Below are positions 1 through 9,653 of a stretch of 64,000 nt of DNA, piece by piece (within the stretch, counting starts at the first letter, position 1; each line of letters opens with the position of its first letter). The notes beneath the pieces are model-generated. The model was given only the letters and a program-made list of their open reading frames with translations. It searched no databases and was not told where the DNA came from. The stretch is from positions 120,937 to 184,936 of the forward strand of contig CAWCCK010000022.1 in NCBI GenBank assembly GCA_963794025.1, given 5' to 3'. The translations under genes were made by a program, and so were the position numbers. Source of the stretch: Ignavibacteriota bacterium (GTDB lineage Bacteria > Bacteroidota > Ignavibacteria > Palsa-1295).

Positions 1-30
1 ATTTGCTCCGCTCGGAATGACATTTTAACT
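1..30 (-). repeat. Partial copy (cut by the window edge) of the GTCATyCyGAGCGGAGC hairpin-element family. Its reverse complement reads ttaaaatgtcattccgagcggagcaaat.
   Basis: Near-identical to the right arm at 29319-29345 (ctccgctcaggatgacatttta) and to the element at 31366-31385. Confidence 0.45.
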
Positions 31-46
31 TAACCGAATCTTCCTC

Positions 47-80
47 TATTCTTAATTCTTACTTCTTAATTCTTAATTAC
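47..80. repeat. Tandem array of the motif TTCTTAATTCTTA (attcttaattcttacttcttaattcttaatt).
   Basis: Related arrays lie at 54794-54824 and, reverse-complemented, at 38560-38583. It sits next to the hairpin element at 1-30, the same composite arrangement seen at 29319-29380 and 31316-31420. Confidence 0.5.
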
Positions 81-93
81 TCCACCCCGTTCC

Positions 94-834
94 TTATTTT
101 TTAAGAAATAGATAAGCTACCCCCGTAAGAAAAGCAATAAATGCCGCGCCGTACCCATAAATTTTCGTCGGATAAATATCGAAGAGCACGCCCGCGCCTT
201 TCAGCAAGCGGAAATAACACCACAATTTTATCGCGATGAGAAGCACGAGCGAGATCGCGGCGGTCGTTTGATCCATATCCATGCGCGGCACGATAAGATC
301 GTAGATCAGAAAAAAACTCAACGGTTGCAGCGACCACACCGCGATATTATAGGTATCCGCAAAATAATATCGCCCGCGAATAAAGATCGCCGCGAAACGC
401 ATCACGCCCGCAAGCAGGACGGTCGCAGAGAACGTGAGCGCCGTGCCGGCAATGATGAGCGTAGTATAACTGAGCGAAATGCCCGTCAGCGGAGCATACA
501 CCGATTGCGGAAGCAGCTTTGCAAAATAGCGTCCGGCATCGGCGTGTCCGTTAAACCCGACGAGCAGCGTAGCCAGAAAAACCCCCAGCGCGCCGGAGCA
601 AATAAACGAAAGCACCGCCGTTTGCGCGTTCGGAATAAGCCGACGGTCGCGAATATCCGAAAAGAAATTGTACGGACGCACGAGCGAGCGCCCCGCATAC
701 TCGCGAAACCGCCGATCGACATTCATCAGCAGAAAAAAAAGCAGGATCAGCCCGAACGTGTACAGCAGCACGCCGAGATAATCGCTCTTCGGATCGCCGG
801 AGGAAACCTCAGCGAGGAGAATAAGGGGATGCAA
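94..834 (-). CDS. Multi-pass integral membrane protein of unknown function.
   Basis: 246-aa ORF with about 7 hydrophobic helices. The overlapping ORFs on other frames or strand (101-337, 268-858, 486-722) are judged spurious. Confidence 0.5.
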   Translation of the reverse strand: MHPLILLAEVSSGDPKSDYLGVLLYTFGLILLFFLLMNVDRRFREYAGRSLVRPYNFFSDIRDRRLIPNAQTAVLSFICSGALGVFLATLLVGFNGHADAGRYFAKLLPQSVYAPLTGISLSYTTLIIAGTALTFSATVLLAGVMRFAAIFIRGRYYFADTYNIAVWSLQPLSFFLIYDLIVPRMDMDQTTAAISLVLLIAIKLWCYFRLLKGAGVLFDIYPTKIYGYGAAFIAFLTGVAYLFLKK

Positions 835-880
835 TGGGGAATTCGTGGTAGGGGATAGAATTGCCTACAAAAATACGGAA

Positions 881-3514
881 CTACAGTGCCGCCTTAATTT
901 TGTCGATTTTTGTTAGCAGGGTACCAATTTCGTTTTGCACCCTAATGTCTGGCAGATGAATCGATTGCATCTCGGCGTATTCTTTGTTGAATGTGGCATT
1001 GTCGCTTTTTGATGAGACAATGTTAAAAAAAAGTGGCTGTAGATGAAAAGCAACGAACCGCATGTTGATTTTACTTTTCCATTCGGGTTTGACCGTCATA
1101 ACATAAGCGTGGTCATTCGTTGCATACGTCTCATTTTTAAAATATTGCATTGACCCAGCATAGCCGTTTCGTGCAATCAATATCGTTTCCCCCGAAAATA
1201 TCTTTAATTTTCTCCCATCTTCGAATGTGGCATTCCTTGAAATGTATCCCATTTCAGTGTCTTCCATTGTAGAACTTGAAAGTATCTTTACTTCGTCATC
1301 TTTGTCAATCGGGCTATTGTGATAAATGAATTCCTCAGTTAAACCGCTATTCCCACCCGTGATCTCGAACATAGTTCCAATGTCTGCGGTTATAGTTGGT
1401 GTGACGGTCAAGGAATATTTATGTATCTCTTGAATGGAATCGGCAATTTTGTGAAAATTTACCGCACCAACCTGATCCAATATCTTTTGGATTTCACTTT
1501 CGAATTTTTGGGTAGTGATTGGTGTCGTTTCAAAGGGTCTCAGATGGAATTCTGATAAAAGATTGAAATAATTTTCCTCATTGATTTCCGATGCGTCCAC
1601 GTATTTGAACTTATAACCATTCAAACCCTCAGCAATCTCTCGCTGGTTCACTTTCCTTTCATATTGGTTCTTGTGGCTTTCATACTTTCGAGCGTCGGAG
1701 ATGAAATTTCGGATATTACTAACAGCGTTTGAAAAGATATTTTCCACCTCTACGATATCATCATGGTATTTAGTTCTGTAACGTTTGTCGCTATTAGCAA
1801 ATCCATCATAGTCTAGAATGTAATGCCATATTGGAAAAGTCTGCATAAAGCCGATTTCTCCTTCTTGCTTTCTTCTCATAAATAAGACGTAAGTTTTTTC
1901 CTTAGTATAAGGTGCAAAAGCAAACTTACTTAAAGAAATAATGGCGTACACATCACAATTGTCTAATAGCTTTTTTCTGAACTCTACGCGCGATGGAGTT
2001 TCAAGAGCGCCGTCATTCAATACAATCGCGATTTCGCCTCCATGTTTTACGGCATTGATAACCTTCTCGACAAACATTAATTCGTATCTTTTTTCGTTTG
2101 TGAAGCTAAAGCTGTCGATGTCAGCGTCGCCATCGTACTTACCCATCGGAGGATTTGTAAGTATATAGTCAAACACTCCCTCATCCCACCCTTGTTTAGC
2201 AACTTGTGTAAGGGAGTCATTCTTATAGATATGAACATGCCCGTCTCCAACTAAAAACATATTCAGCTTAGTTCTGGCGACAGACTCGAAATCGAAATCA
2301 AATCCCCAAAAGATTTCTTCTTTTAATTGTTTTTTTACTTTTTCGTTCAGTTGGGAATTTATAGAGTAGTTGCTTACTAGGGTCTTAAAAGCTTCTGTTA
2401 AAAAGCCACCAGTTCCGCAAGCGGGGTCACACACCCTTAGGTTGCGTACATTGACTTCGTTTCTCAACAAGAGCCGTGCAACTAAGCCCGTAATGTGTCG
2501 GCGCGTATAAAACTCGCCAAATTTCTTTTTCTTGCCCTGCGAAGCAAACTCTTCATAAATAGCACCGAATAGGTCAAAATTTGCTCCATGAAAATTATAT
2601 TGATCTAACTCATTATAGATTTTCACGAAGTGTTCGTGGCGAAGATTGCTTGAGAATTTAATTAGTTCTTTGAAATCTTTATAATTGTTGTTCTTGTAGG
2701 TGTCGTTATTCCAAATATAATTTACCATCGTTTCAAATTCCACCTTCAAGTCGCTGGCAACGGAACCTTTTGCGATATTTCTGAAGTCTCCCCATAATTT
2801 AATAACGGGATCTAATGTTCTCTTCTCTTTTTCATACTCATCAATATATTTAAGTACTACGAAGCTCACCGTAGGATCAATACGTGCATCTCCTTCTTTG
2901 ATGGCGGCCGATCGATAAATATCTGCAAGTGTTTTCAATGAATTCCGGAATTTACTTTCAGCAAAAGGCTGCGTAAGTGTTACCGACTTGTGTCTTACAT
3001 CCGAATTCTCGCTTGTTACCTGCGTCTGTATTTTTTTGAGGACTTCAATGGGAACAAGATGATTCAATAACCTACCATCAAGTGAAATCTCTTCATCATT
3101 ATTTACATTATAGAACCTCGTTTCTGAAACGCAGTTAGTAACGATATAGAAAGCAAGTTTCTGCCCTCTCGCTTTTTTTGCGCCGTGCTCCATTGCATTG
3201 CGCCAATCCATGTCCCCGACATTTGAATTGCGGTGTTTCGCTTCGATCAGGCTGGTGATATTTTTTTCGAAACTCGAATCTTTTTGTTTCGAGGTAGAGA
3301 TCCACACGTCTCCGCGTAAGCTACCCGATTTTTCGGTTGTAACATCCACCTTACAATAATCAACGGTTATACCCACCTCCGCTAATTGGGGCAGAAGGTA
3401 TTGGACTATGTCGTTTGCTTCCTGACGCTTCATGATGTGATTAATACGAACTGCTAAGTTTGGAGAATTTGTTTTTGTAACGGGAAAACGATTCAGGCAA
3501 GAAGAACGTCCCAC
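881..3514 (-). CDS. Type IIG (MmeI/Eco57I-like) restriction-modification enzyme. It fuses an N-terminal PD-(D/E)xK endonuclease, an N6-adenine DNA methyltransferase and a C-terminal target-recognition region. The true start is probably the internal Met near 3433.
   Basis: SAM motif I VCDPACGTGGFL and catalytic motif IV DYILTNPPMG are present. The N-terminus has a PD..ExK-like signature (RGDVWI ... IEAKHRN). The protein is about 850 aa in one polypeptide, and the segment is markedly AT-rich relative to its flanks. Confidence 0.75.
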   Translation of the reverse strand: MGRSSCLNRFPVTKTNSPNLAVRINHIMKRQEANDIVQYLLPQLAEVGITVDYCKVDVTTEKSGSLRGDVWISTSKQKDSSFEKNITSLIEAKHRNSNVGDMDWRNAMEHGAKKARGQKLAFYIVTNCVSETRFYNVNNDEEISLDGRLLNHLVPIEVLKKIQTQVTSENSDVRHKSVTLTQPFAESKFRNSLKTLADIYRSAAIKEGDARIDPTVSFVVLKYIDEYEKEKRTLDPVIKLWGDFRNIAKGSVASDLKVEFETMVNYIWNNDTYKNNNYKDFKELIKFSSNLRHEHFVKIYNELDQYNFHGANFDLFGAIYEEFASQGKKKKFGEFYTRRHITGLVARLLLRNEVNVRNLRVCDPACGTGGFLTEAFKTLVSNYSINSQLNEKVKKQLKEEIFWGFDFDFESVARTKLNMFLVGDGHVHIYKNDSLTQVAKQGWDEGVFDYILTNPPMGKYDGDADIDSFSFTNEKRYELMFVEKVINAVKHGGEIAIVLNDGALETPSRVEFRKKLLDNCDVYAIISLSKFAFAPYTKEKTYVLFMRRKQEGEIGFMQTFPIWHYILDYDGFANSDKRYRTKYHDDIVEVENIFSNAVSNIRNFISDARKYESHKNQYERKVNQREIAEGLNGYKFKYVDASEINEENYFNLLSEFHLRPFETTPITTQKFESEIQKILDQVGAVNFHKIADSIQEIHKYSLTVTPTITADIGTMFEITGGNSGLTEEFIYHNSPIDKDDEVKILSSSTMEDTEMGYISRNATFEDGRKLKIFSGETILIARNGYAGSMQYFKNETYATNDHAYVMTVKPEWKSKINMRFVAFHLQPLFFNIVSSKSDNATFNKEYAEMQSIHLPDIRVQNEIGTLLTKIDKIKAAL

Positions 3515-3675
3515 TCAAATTAGACCCCGAAGGGGAAAAAATAAAGCCAACCTGTTTGTCCGCAATGTGCTCGCGGGGAATATCAAGATTGTTGCGGAAA
3601 TAAAGTTTATTCAAGGGAATAGGTGCCTATCATCTAAACTACAATATACGAAGAAATTGCCGCTCGCCAGGGTGT

Positions 3676-3702
3676 GTCGGGCTGGAAGCGCCGACCTACG
3701 CG
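3676..3702 (+). repeat. Intergenic half-copy of the 27-bp palindromic element GTCGGGCTGGAAGCGCCGACCTACGCG.
   Basis: The same 27-mer occurs (with 1 mismatch) at 32705-32731 and as an inverted dimer at 26460-26510. It contains the internal hairpin GTCGG...CCGAC. Confidence 0.7.
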
Positions 3703-4060
3703 GCAAATTTCAATAAATCTTTCGGAATCACTTGACATTGCCACTTTAAGTTCGTATATTGGGAGTGCGGTGATGGGCACCTATCCGGGGAAATTATGAA
3801 AGATGAAATGGGGGAGGGTGCGAGTTCATTGAAAATTGCGTGGGGCTTGTGGAATGTGGATAAGCTATTAGGAAGTCTGTTGAAATCCACTGTATTGAGC
3901 GAGATTGACTCAAAAAAGCTACAGTTTATGAATTCCTAATGCAAAAAAAAATAATAAGCACCTATTTCAAGTAGCAAGCTATCCATTAATAACCCATCGG
4001 CAAGCTACGGAGCAGAACTCGGCAAAAGCGTGTTTTGTGGCACTCTAAATTTTTTATTAC

Positions 4061-5665
4061 ATGACCAAGACGAAAATACCTGCATTCGAGAACGAGACCT
4101 ACAAAGATTACACTCAGCCCCGCGAGCGCAAGGCGATGGAAGCTGCGCTCCAAAAAACGGGCGATGCGCTGGGCAAAATTTATCCGCATGTCATCGGCGG
4201 CAAGCGCATTGGGACGAGCGAGGCGATCGCTTCGCGCAATCCGGCGCGTCCGAGCGAAGTGATCGGTAACTTTGCGAAGGGCACCACCCAACATGCGGAA
4301 CTTGCGCTGCAAACGGCATCGAAAGCGTTCCTGACGTGGAGCAAAGTTCCGTATGAGAAACGCGCGAACATTGTTTTTAAGGCTGCGAAGATCACAAAGC
4401 GTCGTCGGTACGAAATTAACGCATGGATGGTGCGGGAAGTCGGTAAGAACTGGGCGGAAGCTGATGCCGATACCGCCGAAGCTATCGACTTTCTGGAATT
4501 TTATGCGCGCGAGATGATGCGTTTCGGTGGGCCGCAGCCGTTGCATCAGTTCCCAGGCGAAAAAGATTGGCTGGAATATATTCCGCTGGGCGTCGGTGTT
4601 ATCGTTCCACCGTGGAACTTCCCGTTTGCGATATTGGTGGGGATGTCCGCCGCAGCTATTGTGACGGGCAACACCATAGTTCTCAAGCCCTCCAGCGATT
4701 CGCCGATGATGGGCTGGCTGTTCCATGAGATCATGGAGGAAGCCGGACTTCCGTCCGGCGTGCTGAATTTCCTGACGGCACCGGGCGGCGAAGTGGGAGA
4801 TTATCTGGTGAATAGTACGATCACGCGGTTCATTTCGTTTACGGGTTCTAAGCAAGTGGGATTGCGAGTCGCGCAGAATGCCGCAACACCACGCGAAGGA
4901 CAGAAATGGATCAAGCGCGTCGTTGCAGAAATGGGAGGGAAAGATGCGATCGTCGTTGCGAAGGACGCCGATCTCGATTCGGCAGCGGATGGAATAGTTA
5001 CCAGCGCGTATGGGTTCCAGGGACAGAAATGTTCCGCATGTTCACGCGCGATCATCGAGCAATCGGTGTATCCGAAGATGGTAGAGAAAATTGCAAGTCG
5101 GGTGAAAGCATTAGAGATCGGCGACCCGACGAAGAATGTACGCATCGGGCCAGTCGTGAATGAAAAGGCATTTAATAGCATCATGAGCTATATCGACATT
5201 GGCCGCAAAGAGGGACGCGTTGTTGCCGGCGGCGCGCGATCGGGAACCGAAGGCTACTTCATCCAGCCGACCGTCGTTGCCGATATTGCTCCGAACGCAC
5301 GACTGGCGCAGGAAGAGATTTTCGGTCCGGTGCTAGCGCTTATTCCGGTGAAAAATTTTGACGAAGCTCTCGAAGTGGCGAACAATACCGAATATGGTTT
5401 GACCGGAGCCGTTTATTCAAAGAGCAAGAAGAATATCGAGCGGGCGAAGAAGGAATTTTTCGTTGGTAACCTTTATATCAATCGCAAATGTACCGGCGCG
5501 ATGGTCGGGGCGCATCCATTTGGTGGGTTCAACATGTCCGGTACGGATTCGAAAGCCGGCGGGTATGATTATCTGCTGCATTTTATGCAGGGGAAGAGTA
5601 TTGCGGAGAAGGATATGGCAGTGAAGAAAATCGTGAAACGAAAAATTTCGAAGAAGAAGAAATAA
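4061..5665 (+). CDS. rocA: L-glutamate gamma-semialdehyde (1-pyrroline-5-carboxylate) dehydrogenase, aldehyde dehydrogenase family.
   Basis: Strong collinear similarity to Bacillus RocA from memory: NWAEADADTAEAIDFLEFYAR, VIVPPWNFPFAI, EMGGKDAIVV, FQGQKCSACSRAII, NNTEYGLTGAVYS, GTDSKAGG. There is an unusual poly-Lys C-terminal tail (KRKISKKKK). Confidence 0.9.
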   Translation: MTKTKIPAFENETYKDYTQPRERKAMEAALQKTGDALGKIYPHVIGGKRIGTSEAIASRNPARPSEVIGNFAKGTTQHAELALQTASKAFLTWSKVPYEKRANIVFKAAKITKRRRYEINAWMVREVGKNWAEADADTAEAIDFLEFYAREMMRFGGPQPLHQFPGEKDWLEYIPLGVGVIVPPWNFPFAILVGMSAAAIVTGNTIVLKPSSDSPMMGWLFHEIMEEAGLPSGVLNFLTAPGGEVGDYLVNSTITRFISFTGSKQVGLRVAQNAATPREGQKWIKRVVAEMGGKDAIVVAKDADLDSAADGIVTSAYGFQGQKCSACSRAIIEQSVYPKMVEKIASRVKALEIGDPTKNVRIGPVVNEKAFNSIMSYIDIGRKEGRVVAGGARSGTEGYFIQPTVVADIAPNARLAQEEIFGPVLALIPVKNFDEALEVANNTEYGLTGAVYSKSKKNIERAKKEFFVGNLYINRKCTGAMVGAHPFGGFNMSGTDSKAGGYDYLLHFMQGKSIAEKDMAVKKIVKRKISKKKK

Positions 5666-5667
5666 AA

Positions 5668-6827
5668 TTATCGAATCACAAAATTTTCGGTTACAATAGA
5701 AGTTCCGGAGGAAACGCCATTCGCTTCGAGTTCGCATGTATAATTCCCGGCGGGTATGCCGGCAAGATCGAGCGTTTTGCTCCACGATCCAGCGTTCATT
5801 GAAATTTGATTAAACTCCATTCGAACAATTCTTCCGAGGAGATCGAGAATGCGTATCGTAACGAAGCTATGCTCCGGCAGGGTAAAAAAGAGTTCCACCT
5901 TCGATTGTGCGGGATTGGGAACAATGCTTTCTATTTCGATAAATGGCTCGGACGGGGTTCGCTGTTTGCACGGATATTGATACATTGCTGAATTCCGTGC
6001 CCTCTAACAAAGGCGAATGCTGCCGCCAGGACGCGGGTCGCTCCGCTTGTTAGGTCGTTCTCAAGCGAATCTTGCGGAGCTATCTGATAAGGGTTCGACC
6101 AATCGAACGCATAAAGAATGGTATTGATCGATTGATTGTAAAACGAGATCCCTGCGCCACTATCGGATGGCGTAAGCGGGTGCTTCGCGTAAGAATACGC
6201 TAAATAGTTCACAATAGGCCCAACCTGCGGGGTTTTGATTGCGGGGCTTACTACGTTTGGAGAATCGGATATGATGTAGTCGGCGTAAGTCCAATACGCA
6301 GGCTGCTGCCCTACAATTCCCCCATGATAAATTCCAGTATCGGGCGATTTAGCGACATATTTCACATGCAACCACGATTGCAAAAATTCCGTATCGATCG
6401 AAACGCCATTCGGCATGAGGGAACCATGTTCGTAGGCAATGTTCTGGCCTGCGATGACGAAGGACTTTTTGCAATCCGATGTTCCGGCTTTCAGGAATTT
6501 TTCTACTTCCGCAATTTCCCTGGCGCTGAGTCCGGCTTGTCCGCTTGGCTCTCCAGGAACAACATCCATTGTGGGATCGCCGGACGACCAGATTACGACG
6601 GAATACGGAGTGTAATCTATCGTGTCGCTTCCGGCTTGATTTCGGTCTAACGTATCGAATGTAGGAATTCCGAGGCGGCTAAATGCAAGTTCCACAGAAT
6701 CGCGATTATTTCGCCCGAATTGCGTAAGCCCATTAAAACTTAGCATGATTTTCGGACTTTGAAATTGCGCAAATGCAGCCGGAACTTCGAAAGCACAGAG
6801 GAATGCAGCGATAATCAAGTACTTCAT
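5668..6827 (-). CDS. Secreted protein (signal peptide) with a type IX secretion C-terminal sorting domain. The reading frame is interrupted by an apparent frameshift near 5945-5955.
   Basis: ORF 5931-6827 has an N-terminal signal peptide (MKYLIIAAFLCAFEVPAAFAQ). ORF 5668-5985 encodes a typical T9SS C-terminal domain (IVPNPAQSKVELFFTLPE...GNYTCELEANGVSSG...). The two frames overlap by about 55 nt around the codons for SEP. Confidence 0.6.
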
Positions 6828-6943
6828 GTCGTATCATCCTGACACGGCACGAGGCCCGAAAGTTACATTGACTTTTCAAAATCAAAAATAAAAATATAAC
6901 TCCCAGGCTTCCGCCCGGGAGCTAAAATAATCGGGATCGAATT

Positions 6944-7347
6944 CTACCCCATCATAGCCATCACAGCCCCTGCAATAGCAAGGCCGACCGTCGTATAACC
7001 GGTATCGATGATCCAAAGCAGCGTGGATTTGCCATGCCAATTATAGTTCACCCAAAGGGATCCGCCAGCTATGCCAAGCCCTGCTACCGCGCCGATCTTC
7101 GCAGAGCGCATCATGTCGCCGCCATGCGCATAGTGCAGCAGAAAGCCAGTGCGATAACTGCAAGCAGATTGCCCAAGAAGCTTTTCAGCATCATTTGCAT
7201 CATCGCGGCGCCCTTGGGAGGGTTATCCATTTTGATGCCCGATTCGCGCGCCCATATCTTGCTAAAAAGCACTTGATACCACAACGATCCGAAAAAGAAA
7301 TACACGATCGCAGCCACTAAAACCGACAGCCAGTTGATGTTTGCCAT
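6944..7347 (-). pseudogene. DUF1761-family small membrane protein split by an apparent frameshift near 7110-7150. It is either a pseudogene or a sequencing error.
   Basis: The N-terminal part (MANINWLSVLVAAIVYFFFGSLWYQ...) ends at the stop at 7111-7113. The C-terminal part (...GSLWVNYNWHGKSTLLWIIDTGYTTVGLAIAGAVMAMMG*) continues in another frame to 6944. Together they recreate the DUF1761 pattern. Confidence 0.55.
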
Positions 7348-7700
7348 ACGCGGGAAGTTTAAATTATGAAATGGGAAAAAGCACGTTAATTGAAGCGAAG
7401 ACGGGACGCGCGAGCGATACATGCCAACGATATTTCAGATGATCGTCAACGATGTTAGCTAACATGCCTCCGAATCCGTATGCAAACATACGAAACTTTC
7501 AGGCGAAAGTCAAGTCCTTTCATAAATTAACTGCGTACTACTCTCCGCTCTTCCACGAGGCTTTCCATTCGCCTTTCTTTCTTCTCCATTCATCTTTGGC
7601 TTGCTCGCGTTCTTCCGCAGTCATGTTCTGCCAACGTTCCCATCCACCTTGCCAGGGGCCACAATAGTCCGGACCGGATCCCATGTTCCAGTTCCGTCGC

Positions 7701-7916
7701 TTACCCCATTTCCACGGTGGGCCGCAGCGTTTCCAACTTTCTCCATCCGCGATGCCGGCCTTTAAATCCTACCAGTATTCTGCTGAGCAATAACAGCCCA
7801 ACCGATTGCCAATAGCTCAGCCATGGCCCGTGAAATAGTTCTGGAATGAGCGCATTCCATAACAGCTGGACGATCCAGCCCAATAAAAAAATTGCAATGA
7901 TAAACATAAAATCCAA
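7701..7916 (-). CDS. Small membrane protein immediately downstream of the ECF sigma factor, possibly an anti-sigma factor. A charged, Trp-rich tail continues in another frame to about 7560.
   Basis: 71-aa ORF with two hydrophobic helices, located downstream of the ECF sigma gene on the same strand. The downstream frame encodes WKRCGPPWKWGKRRNW...EEREQAKDEWRRKERR, which suggests another frameshift. Confidence 0.3.
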   Translation of the reverse strand: MDFMFIIAIFLLGWIVQLLWNALIPELFHGPWLSYWQSVGLLLLSRILVGFKGRHRGWRKLETLRPTVEMG

Positions 7917-7988
7917 TAATCCTTTCTTGCCATTGTTTGCAATGGCGTGTACGATCGGTTCCTCGGAACCAATTACCTCAAGTGTGTT

Positions 7989-8525
7989 CTACCTCAAATG
8001 TTTCAACTGCTTTCTGAGCGCGAGCACGGCATACCGTTTTCGCGCCAGCAGCGTGTTCAGATTTTCGCCCGTGATCTCCTGGATCTCACTAAAGGAAAAT
8101 CCTTCGAGTTCGTGCATCACAAAAACATCGCGCTGTTTTTCAGGAAGTTCGGCGAGCGCATGCATCAGCGTTCCCCAAATTTCTTCCCGCATCAGCGTGG
8201 TGTCGCCGCCGGCTCGTTCCGCAACCGCCGTTTGGGCGATCGCGTCCGTCATCGGATCGTGCTTTTTCTTGCGATACCAATCAATGACGCGGTTTCGCGC
8301 GGCATGATACAGCCACGCGCCCATGTCCTCGATCGTCTCGGAAGCATCGACGGCGCGAACGAGCTGAAACAGCACGTCCTGCACGATGTCCTCGGCGGTA
8401 TCGAGATCGCGGACTTTCGAGCGCACGAATTTCAGGATCGATTCCCGGCCATCGGCCAGGATCGCTCCGGCATTCGGCCCGGCAAGATCGTTCACGGTCA
8501 GCGTTGCAGTCATCTTCGGGTACAT
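7989..8525 (-). CDS. ECF-type RNA polymerase sigma factor (sigma-70 regions 2 and 4).
   Basis: Region 2-like segment DIVQDVLFQLVRA...YHAARNRVIDWYRKK and region 4 HTH segment QRDVFVMHELEGFSFSEIQEITGENLNTLLARKRYAVLALRKQL. Confidence 0.8.
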   Translation of the reverse strand: MYPKMTATLTVNDLAGPNAGAILADGRESILKFVRSKVRDLDTAEDIVQDVLFQLVRAVDASETIEDMGAWLYHAARNRVIDWYRKKKHDPMTDAIAQTAVAERAGGDTTLMREEIWGTLMHALAELPEKQRDVFVMHELEGFSFSEIQEITGENLNTLLARKRYAVLALRKQLKHLR

Positions 8526-9029
8526 AGACGAAGGGTGGTGAGGATTATTGTATGATTATTCGTTCAGATTATACGAGTAGAAAAGTCCCTGTTTCAACGG
8601 CTATCAATTTCTTAATAAAACGGGTGCTTTACAAAAACGCATTTGTGCCTCATGAACAGTGGCGTTTCCAAGCTATTTTCGCCGTTGTCTTCCAGCAATT
8701 GGTGCCTTTCTCTCTCTCTTGAATGTTCATTTAATGAACTTATGCAATATTATCTCGACTTTTCATGAATTTATGCAATTTCTTTCATGCCGAAACGCAT
8801 GGTTCCCCATCTTTCATCTTTTATCTTTCATCTTTGCCAAAAGGGGTGCCCATCAAAGCACAAGCAACTTACGAAAATAAAATGCCAATGTCAAGCAATT
8901 CCTAAAAATAATCAAAAATAACCAAACATGTGTATAGAGGCGACGTGTGGCAGTTGAGAAGATATGAAGTACCGGCTATCAAGTGATGTTCAAGGAACGT
9001 GGCCGTAATTAAAAGATGCAACTTTTAGT

Positions 9030-9551
9030 TTGATGGGGCTTATGTTGGAGAATTTACACGACAAGCTCTCACCTAAAGAGAGAGAAATCTTTCATGCTCT
9101 TGAAACGCAGGAGCGCGAAGGACTTGCCGAGATGTATCTTGGCGCTAAAATTTGTTGGCTTGACGAGAATCAACCCGAACGGATGGCTATCACTGCACAC
9201 TGTTTACGGGAATTATGTGAAAAGCTCCGCTGGAACAAAAATCATCAGAGCCTGGGAGATGTGGTTAAACAGATTGTAAGTGATTATTCGAAGATAAAGG
9301 AGCCGCTGATCATGGCACACACACAAAAACAGCATGATGACAATATGGGAACTGCGATTCAAATGTTAGAATCGCTTTCAAGTTATGCTGAAGAAAATTT
9401 AAAATCAAAGGCAAATCAAATTGAAGATTTTGTAAAAAACCATCGAAAAATCGACCTTCCAATTAACAATCGAATCTCGAGTGATTGGAAAAAATCGGAA
9501 GATTATTTTATTAGAGTAGCCCATCATTCCCAAAGAAGTAATCCTAAATGA
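9030..9551 (+). CDS. Hypothetical protein in an AT-rich island.
   Basis: 173-aa ORF with no recognisable motifs. Its GC content is low relative to the flanking DNA. Confidence 0.4.
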   Translation: MMGLMLENLHDKLSPKEREIFHALETQEREGLAEMYLGAKICWLDENQPERMAITAHCLRELCEKLRWNKNHQSLGDVVKQIVSDYSKIKEPLIMAHTQKQHDDNMGTAIQMLESLSSYAEENLKSKANQIEDFVKNHRKIDLPINNRISSDWKKSEDYFIRVAHHSQRSNPK

Positions 9552-9653
9552 AATGGAAGACATTATTAATCATTTGGAAAATCTTCTTTTACCCCTCATA
9601 AAACCGCAAGGGACTGGGAACATTTCTTGAAATGCTTAGAAAAATAAAGGAGG

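Noticed and set aside
268-858. 196-aa Arg/Lys-rich ORF on the + strand (and 101-337, 486-722) overlapping the membrane-protein gene.
   Set aside because: It is antisense or out-of-frame to a strongly hydrophobic 7-TM ORF. The composition (R/K/E/Q-rich low complexity) is typical of a spurious antisense translation.
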